From Candidatus Poseidoniia archaeon (GTDB lineage Archaea > Thermoplasmatota > Poseidoniia > MGIII > CG-Epi1): a DNA stretch of 49,711 bases. The DNA lies in the NCBI GenBank assembly GCA_029936395.1, contig JAPYSW010000004.1, forward strand, positions 1 through 49,711, given 5' to 3'. The position numbers were made by a program, and so were the translations under genes. This document shows, piece by piece, positions 37,849 through 47,336 of this stretch (its first letter is position 1; each line of letters starts with the position of its first letter). Under the pieces are notes generated by a model. It was not told where the DNA came from, made no database searches, and saw only the letters and a program-made list of their open reading frames with translations.

Positions 37849-38728
37849 TGAAATCGAAAAATGGAGGCAAGCTGGTAACCTAGCCAGTGAAGCTTTACAG
37901 TTCGGAAAGAGTATAATTGAAGAGAAAAAATCAATGTTGGAAATTACCGAAGAAATAGAAAATTATGTAAGAGATAAAGGAGGTGAATTGGCATTTCCAA
38001 CTAATTTAGCAATTAATAATGTTGGAGCACATTGGACTCCGTCAAGTAAAAGTGAAGACTCGTTTTGTAAAGGTGATTTAGTCAAACTTGATGTCGGAGT
38101 GCACATTGAAGGATATATTGGAGATAATGCATTAACTATAGAAATTGGCACTGATAAGTATAGAAAAATGATAGAGGCTTCACGTGAGGCTCTCAATAAA
38201 GCTGTGGAGATTGCTGCAGCTGGAATAAGTGTTGGAGTTATTGGTCATGCCGTACAAGAAACAATTGAAAGATATGGATATAGACCTATTGCTAATTTGA
38301 CAGGGCACAAAATAAAGAGATACAATTTACATAGTGGAGTTTCCATCCCCAGTGTAAGAGAAAGAGGTGGACCAGTTCTAAAAACTGGAGATATCGTAGC
38401 TATAGAACCATTTGTGACTGATGGGGCTGGAAGAGTAGGCGGTAAGAGAAATTCAAATATATATCATCTAAGACAGGTTCGTAATATCCGTGATCAAAAA
38501 GCAAGCGAATTAATGATGGAAATACAGAATAGATACAACGGTTTACCATTTGCTGAAAGATGGTTACACGCATTCCAAAAAGACGCGATAAAAAATTTAC
38601 AGAAACTCATGAGAGCAGGAATAGTTTCCTATTATCCTGTTTTAGATGAATTAGGTAAAGGCATGGTAGCCCAATCTGAACACACACTGATGATAACTAG
38701 TAGTGGGAATGAGGTTTTGACTAAATGA
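37838..38728 (+). CDS. map: Methionine aminopeptidase type II
   Basis: AFP.N..IN...AHWTP, KLDVGVHIEGYIGD, NLTGH, AIEPF, AQSEHT; start refined to TTG 37838 after GGAGGG. Confidence 0.95.
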   Translation: MNSDEIEKWRQAGNLASEALQFGKSIIEEKKSMLEITEEIENYVRDKGGELAFPTNLAINNVGAHWTPSSKSEDSFCKGDLVKLDVGVHIEGYIGDNALTIEIGTDKYRKMIEASREALNKAVEIAAAGISVGVIGHAVQETIERYGYRPIANLTGHKIKRYNLHSGVSIPSVRERGGPVLKTGDIVAIEPFVTDGAGRVGGKRNSNIYHLRQVRNIRDQKASELMMEIQNRYNGLPFAERWLHAFQKDAIKNLQKLMRAGIVSYYPVLDELGKGMVAQSEHTLMITSSGNEVLTK

Positions 38729-40548
38729 AGGACTCTGAAGTAAAAAAACGACTAGATAAAGTCATAAACTCTCCAATGTTACAAATAAATATTCTTGCAG
38801 CTTTAACGGGAGCTTTTGCAGCAGTTGTAACCTGGATATTCATAAATTTAACTAATATGATCAAAGAATTCTTCTATGGAAATAGTTTTGTGAATCATTC
38901 ATTGAGAAGTACTGATAATGAATGGTTGATTATTTTCATACCGGCTTTAGGTGGATTGATTGCAGGTCTAATTATTGAGTATGGATCAAAAGATGCAAAA
39001 GGTGCAGGTGTACCAATCGTAATGGAAGCTGTAGCTTTTAAACAAGCTAGATTAAGTGCAAAAAAAGCAGTTGCTAAATTCTTTGCTTCAGCTGCAAGTA
39101 TTGGTACTGGAATGTCATTAGGGCGTGTTGGACCAATGATTGTTATTTCCTCAACTATAGGCTCCGAAATCGGGCAACGAACCGGTAAAACTGTAGAAGA
39201 AACAAGAACTATCATTGGCTGTGGAGCTGCAAGTGCAATTACTGCTGCATTCAATGCCCCTTTAGGAGGAGTTCTATTTGCAATCGAATTAATTTTAGCT
39301 GAACTCAAAACTAGATCATTTATTCCAATTGTAATTGCCGCAGTAATAGCTACTGCAGTGACTCGAAGTTTAGCTGGAGATGTTGCTGCATTTGATAAGA
39401 TACCACACTATACTCTGGGTTCTCCGATTGAATATCCATTCTATATAATTCTGGGTTTAGTAATAGGTTTAGCGGCTTCTATTTTTATAAAATTAATGAA
39501 CTTTGTGGAAGATAATATTGAAAATATTAAAGGAATACCCGTTCCATTAAGGACCTGCTTAGGAGGGCTTTGTGTTGGGCTAATTGCACTTTCTTTTCCA
39601 CATGTGCTAGGAAATGGTTTTGATGTAACTTCTGATTTAATATCATTAGATCCAGATAATTCTGATGGACTTATAATCGGAGAAAGTTTCCCAGTTGATA
39701 CTGACATTAGTTCCGGAATCGCTAGTCTATTACTTTTTATATTATCTATTATGGCGCTAAAAATAATTGCTACGTCTATATCTATTGGAAGTGGAGGATC
39801 AGGCGGTATATTTACGCCTAGCTTGTTCATTGGCGCTGCAATTGGCGCAGGACTAGGATTAGTCCTTTATGACTTCGGTATTGTAAGTCATCCTGGTGCT
39901 TTTGCATTAGTCGGAATGGCTGCCTTCGTAGCTTCGATGACACGTGCAACCTTAACGGCAATTGTGCTTTTATTTGAAATGACAGCCACTTATGAAATAA
40001 TACTACCATTAATGTTATCGTGTGTTGTCGCAGATGCCGTATGTTATGTAATTTCTGAACATTCTTTTTACACCTCCAAATTAGCTCGAAGGGGTTTCCA
40101 TATTGATTTAGGAGCTGGACAAGATTTAATGAGAATGATAGAAGTCAAAGAAGCCATGTCTGAAGAAGTTCTAACCATTAAACCAGATCGGCCTTTAGAA
40201 GTGGCTCTACAAATGATAGAAGATACAGGACATATGAGTTTACCAGTTCTAAATGAAAATGGTGAATTATATGGAATAATAACCTGGTCTGATATACATG
40301 AAGCTGCAGTTAAACATGAAAGGCATCTAACTGTAAAAGATTATTGTGTAACTGATTTGATTACGATTACTCAACGAGAAACCTTAGCTCAAGCATTAGA
40401 TTCATTGAGTTACAAAGAAATAAGCCATTTACCTGTTGTCAGTAAAGCTGATAACAAAAAATTGATAGGAATTATTACTAAAGGAGACATCATAAAGGCT
40501 TACAACAGGCATAGATTAGGCAGTCAAAAGACAAGTTGGCAAGGATAA
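38725..40548 (+). CDS. CLC-family anion channel/transporter with two CBS domains
   Basis: GAGVP, GRVGP, FNAPLGG, GGIFTP, E.T..Y, SFYT; C-terminal CBS pair. Confidence 0.93.
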   Translation: MKDSEVKKRLDKVINSPMLQINILAALTGAFAAVVTWIFINLTNMIKEFFYGNSFVNHSLRSTDNEWLIIFIPALGGLIAGLIIEYGSKDAKGAGVPIVMEAVAFKQARLSAKKAVAKFFASAASIGTGMSLGRVGPMIVISSTIGSEIGQRTGKTVEETRTIIGCGAASAITAAFNAPLGGVLFAIELILAELKTRSFIPIVIAAVIATAVTRSLAGDVAAFDKIPHYTLGSPIEYPFYIILGLVIGLAASIFIKLMNFVEDNIENIKGIPVPLRTCLGGLCVGLIALSFPHVLGNGFDVTSDLISLDPDNSDGLIIGESFPVDTDISSGIASLLLFILSIMALKIIATSISIGSGGSGGIFTPSLFIGAAIGAGLGLVLYDFGIVSHPGAFALVGMAAFVASMTRATLTAIVLLFEMTATYEIILPLMLSCVVADAVCYVISEHSFYTSKLARRGFHIDLGAGQDLMRMIEVKEAMSEEVLTIKPDRPLEVALQMIEDTGHMSLPVLNENGELYGIITWSDIHEAAVKHERHLTVKDYCVTDLITITQRETLAQALDSLSYKEISHLPVVSKADNKKLIGIITKGDIIKAYNRHRLGSQKTSWQG

Positions 40549-40593
40549 TGAGAGTGAAACAAGCTTTTAATTGATTACTATAAATACCGATAA

Positions 40594-40722
40594 ATGTCTC
40601 CAGATGACAACGAGTCTGAAATAGCACTTGGGAATGGTTCTTCAAACAGAAGAGCAAAGAGTTCTCCAACACTTTTTAGCCTCTTTGAAAAAGTGGTAGA
40701 CATCGTTAAAAAATATTGGTAA
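40594..40722 (+). CDS. Putative small protein (42 aa, not in ORF track)
   Basis: MSPDDNESEIALGNGSSNRRAKSSPTLFSLFEKVVDIVKKYW; CTTTTAA box ~30 nt upstream; stops 4 nt before the next ATG. Confidence 0.5.
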   Translation: MSPDDNESEIALGNGSSNRRAKSSPTLFSLFEKVVDIVKKYW

Positions 40723-40726
40723 AAAT

Positions 40727-41626
40727 ATGGCTTGGTTCGGCGGAAAGAAAAAAGCAAAAAGAAGACCTCCTGTCTTGGAGCCTGTAGGAGTACCTGCAGT
40801 TCAGGCAGTGGCACAACCTGCAGTTAACCAAATGGCTGCACCTGCTGTAATTCAAGCAACGCCGGCGATACAACCTATCGTTGAAATTGCACCTGTTGGA
40901 GTTACAGCTGATAACAATGTGATGGTCACTACTGATTCAGTTCCAGTATCGGCAGTTCCAGGAACTGTAGGATGGGAAAAAAAGAGTGAAAAACCATTAA
41001 TGGACATCCATAAACGATTAGATCATATGATGGATTCAAAAGGCAAAAGTTTAGAGGACAGATACAAAGATAGATTTGGAGATAAACTACCGAAATCTGT
41101 TACGACTGATTCTGCCCGTAAAGAATATAATGAAAATAAAGCTAAAGATACAGATAAACCAAATATTGTCTTTAAACCAAGATCAAAACTTAAACTTACT
41201 CCAAAAAATAAAAGTAAAACAGTAATTGAGAAAAAAACTGATACGAAGACTAAAGTCGAAGTAAAAGAAGACTCAACTGGTATTAGCAGTAAAATAGGTG
41301 ATGGGATTAAATCAGGTAGTGCTAAAACTAAATCTGCAATTGGTAGTGCTGGAGCTGCGGTTGGACGTGGTGCTGGAGCTGTAAAATCGGGAATTGGCCG
41401 AGGTGCTGGAGCTGTAAAATCAGGAATTGGAAGTGGAGCATCACGAATTATGGGATTATTCAAAAAAAGCGAAACTGAAAAAGTATCGACAAAAAAAACT
41501 TCCAAACCAAATAAAGCTAAGAAAAGTTATAGCTCAATGAAATTAACTGAATTAAAAGCTGAATTAAAGAAAAAAGGACTAAAAACTTCAGGTAAGAAAG
41601 CTGACTTAATCGCAAGATTAAAATAA
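40727..41626 (+). CDS. Low-complexity basic protein with 11-mer Gly-rich repeats and C-terminal SAP domain
   Basis: YSSMKLTELKAELKKKGLKTSGKKADLIARL matches the SAP consensus; PAVQ-rich and Lys-rich segments. Confidence 0.8.
   Translation: MAWFGGKKKAKRRPPVLEPVGVPAVQAVAQPAVNQMAAPAVIQATPAIQPIVEIAPVGVTADNNVMVTTDSVPVSAVPGTVGWEKKSEKPLMDIHKRLDHMMDSKGKSLEDRYKDRFGDKLPKSVTTDSARKEYNENKAKDTDKPNIVFKPRSKLKLTPKNKSKTVIEKKTDTKTKVEVKEDSTGISSKIGDGIKSGSAKTKSAIGSAGAAVGRGAGAVKSGIGRGAGAVKSGIGSGASRIMGLFKKSETEKVSTKKTSKPNKAKKSYSSMKLTELKAELKKKGLKTSGKKADLIARLK
41363..41428 (+). repeat. 33-bp coding tandem repeat (2 copies plus degenerate flanks)
   Basis: ggacgtggtgctggagctgtaaaatcgggaatt / ggccgaggtgctggagctgtaaaatcaggaatt; both encode GRGAGAVKSGI and differ only synonymously. 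Confidence 0.85.
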
Positions 41627-41627
41627 A

Positions 41628-42719
41628 TCAGCGATGAGTTATAATGCTCACAATGTCTTGATCTTTAACATTATGATTTAAACCTACTGTTTGACCTGGG
41701 AATTTTGCTGAAGGACCCCAAACTTGAGAGTAACGGAACTTACGCCTAAAATCACGATGCAAGCGTTGACATATTTCTGCAATAGTTGTCCCTTTTCTGA
41801 TAACCATTGGTTCCTTAAGATCTGCTTTTTCACCTTGAGGTTTCATAAATATAGATATGAAATCTAATGTATGATAAATCTGTTTTTTTAATTCTTTAAT
41901 ACCTTTACCCAAAGGTGCCGCTACTTCGATAATTTTTTTATTAGTACACATTTCTTTAACAATAGGCAACTGTTCTTTTTCAATCATATCTACCTTAGTA
42001 ATAACATCAAAAGAAGGAACATACACTCTAGTCTTAGCTAAAATATCAACTAAATCATCAATTGTTATTTTTTCTCTTAATACAACCTGAGCATTCACGA
42101 TGCCATACTCTCTAACTATTGTTTTGATTACTTCTTCCTCAAGTTCTTGAGCTATAGTTGATATTACTTCAATACCTCCAATCCCTGTTTTTGAAACACT
42201 ACCATTCGGAGGACGGCTGTTTAAACGAACTCCAGAATCGAATAATTCTTTGATAATAACATGTGGGGCTGGCTCAACTGCATCAATTATATGTATTATC
42301 AAATCTGCTGAACGTATAACTGAAAGAACTTCTTTACCACGCCCAGCGCCTCTTGCAGCACCTTCAATTAAACCCGGTAAATCCAAAATTTGAATATTAG
42401 CATCTCTATATTTTAGAACTCCTGGGACTACATCTAAAGTAGTAAAAGCATACGAGCCAGTCTCGCTATTTGCATCAGTAAGACAATTCAATAATGTAGA
42501 TTTTCCCACACTAGGCAATCCGACTAAGGCAACCGTAGCATCTCCTGCCTTACGAACTCCATAACCGCTTCCTCTAGGACCTGAAGAACTAACTACTACT
42601 TCTTCTCTTAACTGTGCTAATTTAGCCTTTAATTTACCTATATGATGCTGAGTAGCTTTATTGTACTTAGTATTACCAATTTCTTCCTCAATTTCAGAAA
42701 TCTTATCAGTAAGAGACAC
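41628..42719 (-). CDS. DRG/Rbg-family OBG GTPase with TGS domain
   Basis: NKATQHHIGKLKAKLA, GLPSVGKST, YAFTTL, DLPGLIEGA..G.GRG, WGPSAKFPGQ.VG. Confidence 0.95.
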   Translation of the reverse strand: MSLTDKISEIEEEIGNTKYNKATQHHIGKLKAKLAQLREEVVVSSSGPRGSGYGVRKAGDATVALVGLPSVGKSTLLNCLTDANSETGSYAFTTLDVVPGVLKYRDANIQILDLPGLIEGAARGAGRGKEVLSVIRSADLIIHIIDAVEPAPHVIIKELFDSGVRLNSRPPNGSVSKTGIGGIEVISTIAQELEEEVIKTIVREYGIVNAQVVLREKITIDDLVDILAKTRVYVPSFDVITKVDMIEKEQLPIVKEMCTNKKIIEVAAPLGKGIKELKKQIYHTLDFISIFMKPQGEKADLKEPMVIRKGTTIAEICQRLHRDFRRKFRYSQVWGPSAKFPGQTVGLNHNVKDQDIVSIITHR

Positions 42720-42796
42720 AATGCTTCAGGTTTAAGGGGGGATTAAACGTATTGAGTTGGCATTAACTATAATATTACGGCACTATTTCTAATAAT

Positions 42797-43501
42797 ATGG
42801 ACTATCCGTGGAGTAAGAAAACAAAAGAAGAAGTACCTGATGAAATAGAAGTCATTAAGGATGAGGAAGTTACTATTGAAGAAAGCTCAAATATTGTGGA
42901 TGACGATGTAATTATTGAAGATGTCAAAGGTGAAGAAGAAAATATTGTATGGGATAATGATGATCCAAGAGCTATCTTACTAAATATTCTTAAACTTGAA
43001 GGGTACAAAATGGATTCAGGAGAATTATTCAATGCATACAGAGAGGCATCAGGTGATACTGAAAATTCGATTATAATGGAATCATTTAAGAAAGGTCTTG
43101 ACCAACTTTTAGAAATTAAAAAAATTAAATCTGATAGTAATGGAAATATAATGACTACTCAAGATTATGATAGAGAAAAATCACAAACTACTACTAATGA
43201 AGAACACGAAGATGAAATTGAAGAAAAATCCAAGGAAATAATAGAAGAATTCGAAGAAGAAACTATGAAGAATGTTGAAGAAATAAAAGAGGAGATTATA
43301 GATAATAATGAAGATAATTCCGAAGACTTAGAATCTATTATTAAGTTAAAAGAAGAAACAGACTCCTGGTTAATTGAAAAACTTAAGAATACAAAATCTA
43401 GTAATAATGATACTGAATTGAGAGAAGAAGTTAATAAACTTAAAGAGAGAATAGAAAAATTAGAAAACGTAATAAAGAATATTACAAAAGCATTTGAATA
43501 A
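42797..43501 (+). CDS. Acidic hypothetical protein, possible winged-helix core and C-terminal coiled coil
   Basis: E/D-rich flanks; core ILLNILK...SGELF..Y.....FKKGLDQL....I; heptads LREEVNKLKERIEKLE. Confidence 0.65.
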   Translation: MDYPWSKKTKEEVPDEIEVIKDEEVTIEESSNIVDDDVIIEDVKGEEENIVWDNDDPRAILLNILKLEGYKMDSGELFNAYREASGDTENSIIMESFKKGLDQLLEIKKIKSDSNGNIMTTQDYDREKSQTTTNEEHEDEIEEKSKEIIEEFEEETMKNVEEIKEEIIDNNEDNSEDLESIIKLKEETDSWLIEKLKNTKSSNNDTELREEVNKLKERIEKLENVIKNITKAFE

Positions 43502-43783
43502 ATGGTAGTTAAAGAAAAAAGAGGAAGGAAAAGATATATCCTTTTTAAACATTCAAATAAGGGCTCAAAGAGTAATTTAATTAATTTTTTCAGAACTAAA
43601 ATTGGAAATTTAGAGTCCAAAATAAAATGGAAATTAATTGAAGTAAATATTGAAAATGGCATTGTTAGAGTTGATCATAAATTATTAGATAAATCAAGAG
43701 AAATTATGAATAATGAGAGTGAAGAACTAAAAATAATTACAGTAAGAACGAGTGGAACTATCAAAGGTCTAAAAAATTCTTAG
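43502..43783 (+). CDS. rnp2: Ribonuclease P protein component 2 (Pop5/Rpp14)
   Basis: RKRYILF...GIVRV.H...ITVRTSGTIKGL. Confidence 0.85.
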   Translation: MVVKEKRGRKRYILFKHSNKGSKSNLINFFRTKIGNLESKIKWKLIEVNIENGIVRVDHKLLDKSREIMNNESEELKIITVRTSGTIKGLKNS

Positions 43784-43820
43784 AGCAACCATTAATTATG
43801 GGACTAGCACTGATTGAATA

Positions 43821-44360
43821 ATGGTTGATGAAAATGAATCTGAAGGATGGGAAGAAACCCAATACGAATCCTTAGATTGGGGAGGTGATGAAGATAGTAC
43901 AAGTAATTCAGTTTCATTATATCCAACCACGAGTAAGCCCTCTCAAGCTGCCATTGCTTTACTTCTAGCTGGATTTATCTTGCTAGGTACTGCTACTACC
44001 ATGAATGGAATATTAAATGATAGTGAGAAAATAGAGGGTGTTACAATCAAATATAATGAAGTCATGGGTGAGATGAGTATTCAAGTTGATCAAGAAGACA
44101 ATGAAATTGATGAATCGTTTGTTCGTCAAGTTTTGAAATTTGGTATGTTCTGGGAACTAATATGTGCTATTCTGACATTTGTAGCAAGTGCATTGTTAAT
44201 GATGAGACAAAACTACAATATTGTTTTAATTGGATGTGCGGCAGCAATTATTGGACTTGGAGGATTGTTGTTATCTACACTTTTTGGAGCAATTGCATTA
44301 TATCTGACGTTTCAAAGTAAACCTGAATTTGGTATAAATGATCAAGATGAGAGCTGGTGA
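43821..44360 (+). CDS. Hypothetical membrane protein (3-4 TM)
   Basis: Acidic Trp-containing N-terminus, hydrophobic helices, SKPEF tail. Confidence 0.7.
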   Translation: MVDENESEGWEETQYESLDWGGDEDSTSNSVSLYPTTSKPSQAAIALLLAGFILLGTATTMNGILNDSEKIEGVTIKYNEVMGEMSIQVDQEDNEIDESFVRQVLKFGMFWELICAILTFVASALLMMRQNYNIVLIGCAAAIIGLGGLLLSTLFGAIALYLTFQSKPEFGINDQDESW

Positions 44361-46513
44361 GGTTGTTATCAGAACTATTAGAGTATCTAAAAATTAAAGA
44401 ATTATACCCTCCACAAAAAGAAGCTATTGCTCTTGTTGAAAAAGGTAATTCGGTATTGATGTCAGTACCTACTGCTGCAGGAAAAACATTGGTTGCATAT
44501 GCTGCTTTAATAAAAGCTGTAAAAGCTAAAAAGAAAGGAATGTATCTTGTACCTTTACGGGCTCTGGCATGGGAAAAAGTCAATGAGTTAAAAGATATCT
44601 GTAAAAATATTTTGGACGGGGCAAAGATTGGAGTTTCTGTTGGAGATTATGATAAAGCAAGAGGATTATCAAAATATGACATTATAGTTTCAACTTCTGA
44701 AAGAGCTGATTCTTTAATCAGACACAATCCTTCTTGGTTATCTGAGGTAGAATGTTTAGTATCTGATGAAATACACTTACTCAATGACTCTGGGAGAGGA
44801 CCTACGCTTGAAATAACACTTTCAAAATTTAGAGAGATAAATCCAAACATACAAATTATAGGACTTTCAGCAACTGTTTCAAATTCAAAAGAAATAGCTG
44901 ACTGGCTAGATGCAAAATTAGTTGAGAGTGATTTTAGACCAGTTCCTCTCAGAAAAGGAATATCGCTGGATGGAACTGTGGAATGGGAGGATGGTGAAAG
45001 AAAATATATGGGATTGGATGGTGTTGAAGGAATTGCAATTGACAATTTACCCGAACAATGTTTAGTATTTGTTGGAACTCGCAAATCTGCAGAAGCTCAA
45101 GCAAAGAAATTGAGTAGAATGATAGGGGGAAAATTAAATTCGGAGCAGCAAAAAGAATTGGAAAAATTTGCAGACCAAATTCAAAAGAATGCTGATGAAA
45201 TTACATCTGTTGATTCTAATTTATCTAAATTAATTGCAAATGGTGTTGCTTACCATCATGCTGGTTTAACAAATAGACAACGACTAATAATTGAAACAGC
45301 ATTTAAGGAAAAATCATTGAAAGTATTATGTGCAACACCAACACTAGCTGCAGGTGTAAACTTACCTGCTCGAAGAGTTATTATCAGAGATTTAAGCCGT
45401 TGGGATTCTTCTTTTCAATCAAATCAACCATTACCTGTCTTAGAAGTTCATCAAATGTTAGGAAGAGCTGGAAGACCTGGTTTTGACGTTGATGGACAAG
45501 GGATATTGATTGCTAAAAAAAGAGAGCAAATTGATTCTTTTACAGAACGATATTTTGAAGGTGAAACTGAACCAGTAATATCCCGATTAGGTAGTGAACC
45601 TGCATTAAGAACTCACCTTTTATCTTTGATTACTTCAGGAACCATAAATACGAGAGAAGGTTTGCATAAGTTTCTTGAAAAAACTCTATTTGGTGCACAA
45701 GGTGAACTATGGAGAACTCAACACAGATTGAATAAAGTTCTGGATTTCTTAGATAAAGAACAATTGATTGAAATTGAAGGAAAGAAAGACAATGAATTTC
45801 AACCTGCAAATAAAGTATCTGAAGAGAAATTAAAACCAACTGCTTTTGGAAGAAAGGTATCGCAATTGTATATAGATCCTTTATCAGGAGTAATAATTAA
45901 AAATGCATTAGAATCTGAAGTTGAAGCTAATTCACTTGGATTATTACATACTCTTACAAGAACTCCAGATATCTATTCACTATATGTAAGAAAGAATGAA
46001 ATGGAAACATATCTAACTCATCTTATGCAAATGGAAGGTGATCTCATGCTTCCTCCTCCTGTAGAACATATGGAATTAGAATTTTACTTATGGGACTTGA
46101 AAACTGCATTACTACTAATGGATTGGATTGAAGAAACGCCTGAAGAACATCTATTGAAACGCTATTCTACCACTCCTGGAGATATTCGTGCTAAAGTTGA
46201 AACGGCTGAATGGATACTTTATGCCATGAGTGAACTAGCTGAGTTATTATCGCCTTCAAATACTAAAATGATAACTGAATTACGAATTAGAATAAAGAAT
46301 GGAATTCGAAAAGAACTATTGCCTTTACTCGAAATTGATTCAGTAGGTAGAATTCGTGCCAGAACTCTATTTAATGCTGGATTCACTAGTCAAAGTTCAA
46401 TAAGAGATGCAAGACCTTCTGATCTTAATAGTATTCCTGGAATTGGAATAAAGTTAGCTGAAAAACTCGCAGGAAGAAAGGATTCTGAACAACTTCGTTT
46501 TGAGTTAGGCTAA
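44357..46513 (+). CDS. hel308: Hel308/Hjm Ski2-like DNA helicase
   Basis: LYPPQ, PTAAGKT, DEIH, GLSAT, HHAGL, TLAAGVNLPA, QMLGRAGRPG, GRIRAR.LF domain 5. Confidence 0.95.
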   Translation: MRLLSELLEYLKIKELYPPQKEAIALVEKGNSVLMSVPTAAGKTLVAYAALIKAVKAKKKGMYLVPLRALAWEKVNELKDICKNILDGAKIGVSVGDYDKARGLSKYDIIVSTSERADSLIRHNPSWLSEVECLVSDEIHLLNDSGRGPTLEITLSKFREINPNIQIIGLSATVSNSKEIADWLDAKLVESDFRPVPLRKGISLDGTVEWEDGERKYMGLDGVEGIAIDNLPEQCLVFVGTRKSAEAQAKKLSRMIGGKLNSEQQKELEKFADQIQKNADEITSVDSNLSKLIANGVAYHHAGLTNRQRLIIETAFKEKSLKVLCATPTLAAGVNLPARRVIIRDLSRWDSSFQSNQPLPVLEVHQMLGRAGRPGFDVDGQGILIAKKREQIDSFTERYFEGETEPVISRLGSEPALRTHLLSLITSGTINTREGLHKFLEKTLFGAQGELWRTQHRLNKVLDFLDKEQLIEIEGKKDNEFQPANKVSEEKLKPTAFGRKVSQLYIDPLSGVIIKNALESEVEANSLGLLHTLTRTPDIYSLYVRKNEMETYLTHLMQMEGDLMLPPPVEHMELEFYLWDLKTALLLMDWIEETPEEHLLKRYSTTPGDIRAKVETAEWILYAMSELAELLSPSNTKMITELRIRIKNGIRKELLPLLEIDSVGRIRARTLFNAGFTSQSSIRDARPSDLNSIPGIGIKLAEKLAGRKDSEQLRFELG

Positions 46514-46538
46514 TTAACAGCGCCCTTCTGGACATATA

Positions 46539-47336
46539 ATGGTTAGATTTGTCAAAGACCAGCCAGATGCATACATTTACAGTAGCTTTGGTTCGAGAAT
46601 GTTTGTAGCTGGATTTCTATTGACTCTAGTTTTTATTTTGGAAGCAATAGCCGTTTACATGTTTAGTGAAGTGATTCTTGAAATGGCTGGATCTAGAGTA
46701 GGTTTTCTGATGAAGGTCCCTCTCATTAGTATGGCATTAACGGGAATTATTTACATTACAACTATGTTTATGCCAATTGTTGGTGCTACTACTTTAATTT
46801 CTTTGTTAGTATTGAAACGCACTTATAAGAAACTAGAAAAATTAGATGTTAATAGTAAAAATTCTCAAACACTAATAATGTTAGCAAGAATTGTCTTTAT
46901 TGCAGCAGGTTTAGCAACCTATGCGCCTTTATTTATGATATTTGAGGCTATGATAAATCAAACAATACCTGTCAGTGCAATAAATTATTTTCAAACGCAA
47001 TACATGAGCTTATTTTTCACTCTCGTAGGTATTGGCTTATTCTTAACTTTAATCTCCCCAATTGTACAACTTTATGGACGAACAAAAAGCCGTTCACTTG
47101 TTTTTTCTGGTTTATTGGCCTTCATGTTATGTTCTACAATTATTTATCTAGGCAATGGAGATTGGAATATCTCCATTTTTCAACTAAGTGAAAGTAGTGA
47201 ATTTAAAAGCTCATTTGCGACTGCAATGGGTACTTCAGGAATATGTATTTTAATTATTTTCTGGAATATATCGAGTAGTGCTAAATCTATACTTAAATAT
47301 CAAAAATTACATTTCACTATGAAACTGGGTGAGTAA
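46539..47336 (+). CDS. Hypothetical polytopic membrane protein (about 6-7 TM)
   Basis: Multiple hydrophobic segments; TAATG overlap with rfcL. Confidence 0.7.
   Translation: MVRFVKDQPDAYIYSSFGSRMFVAGFLLTLVFILEAIAVYMFSEVILEMAGSRVGFLMKVPLISMALTGIIYITTMFMPIVGATTLISLLVLKRTYKKLEKLDVNSKNSQTLIMLARIVFIAAGLATYAPLFMIFEAMINQTIPVSAINYFQTQYMSLFFTLVGIGLFLTLISPIVQLYGRTKSRSLVFSGLLAFMLCSTIIYLGNGDWNISIFQLSESSEFKSSFATAMGTSGICILIIFWNISSSAKSILKYQKLHFTMKLGE

Noticed and set aside
43165-43662. 165-aa Ser/Ile/Phe-rich minus-strand ORF, and similar antisense ORFs (4312-4776, 34159-34614, 38895-39308, 41023-41505, 44647-45084)
   Set aside because: Shadow frames opposite well-supported genes; their composition is explained by the sense-strand codon bias.
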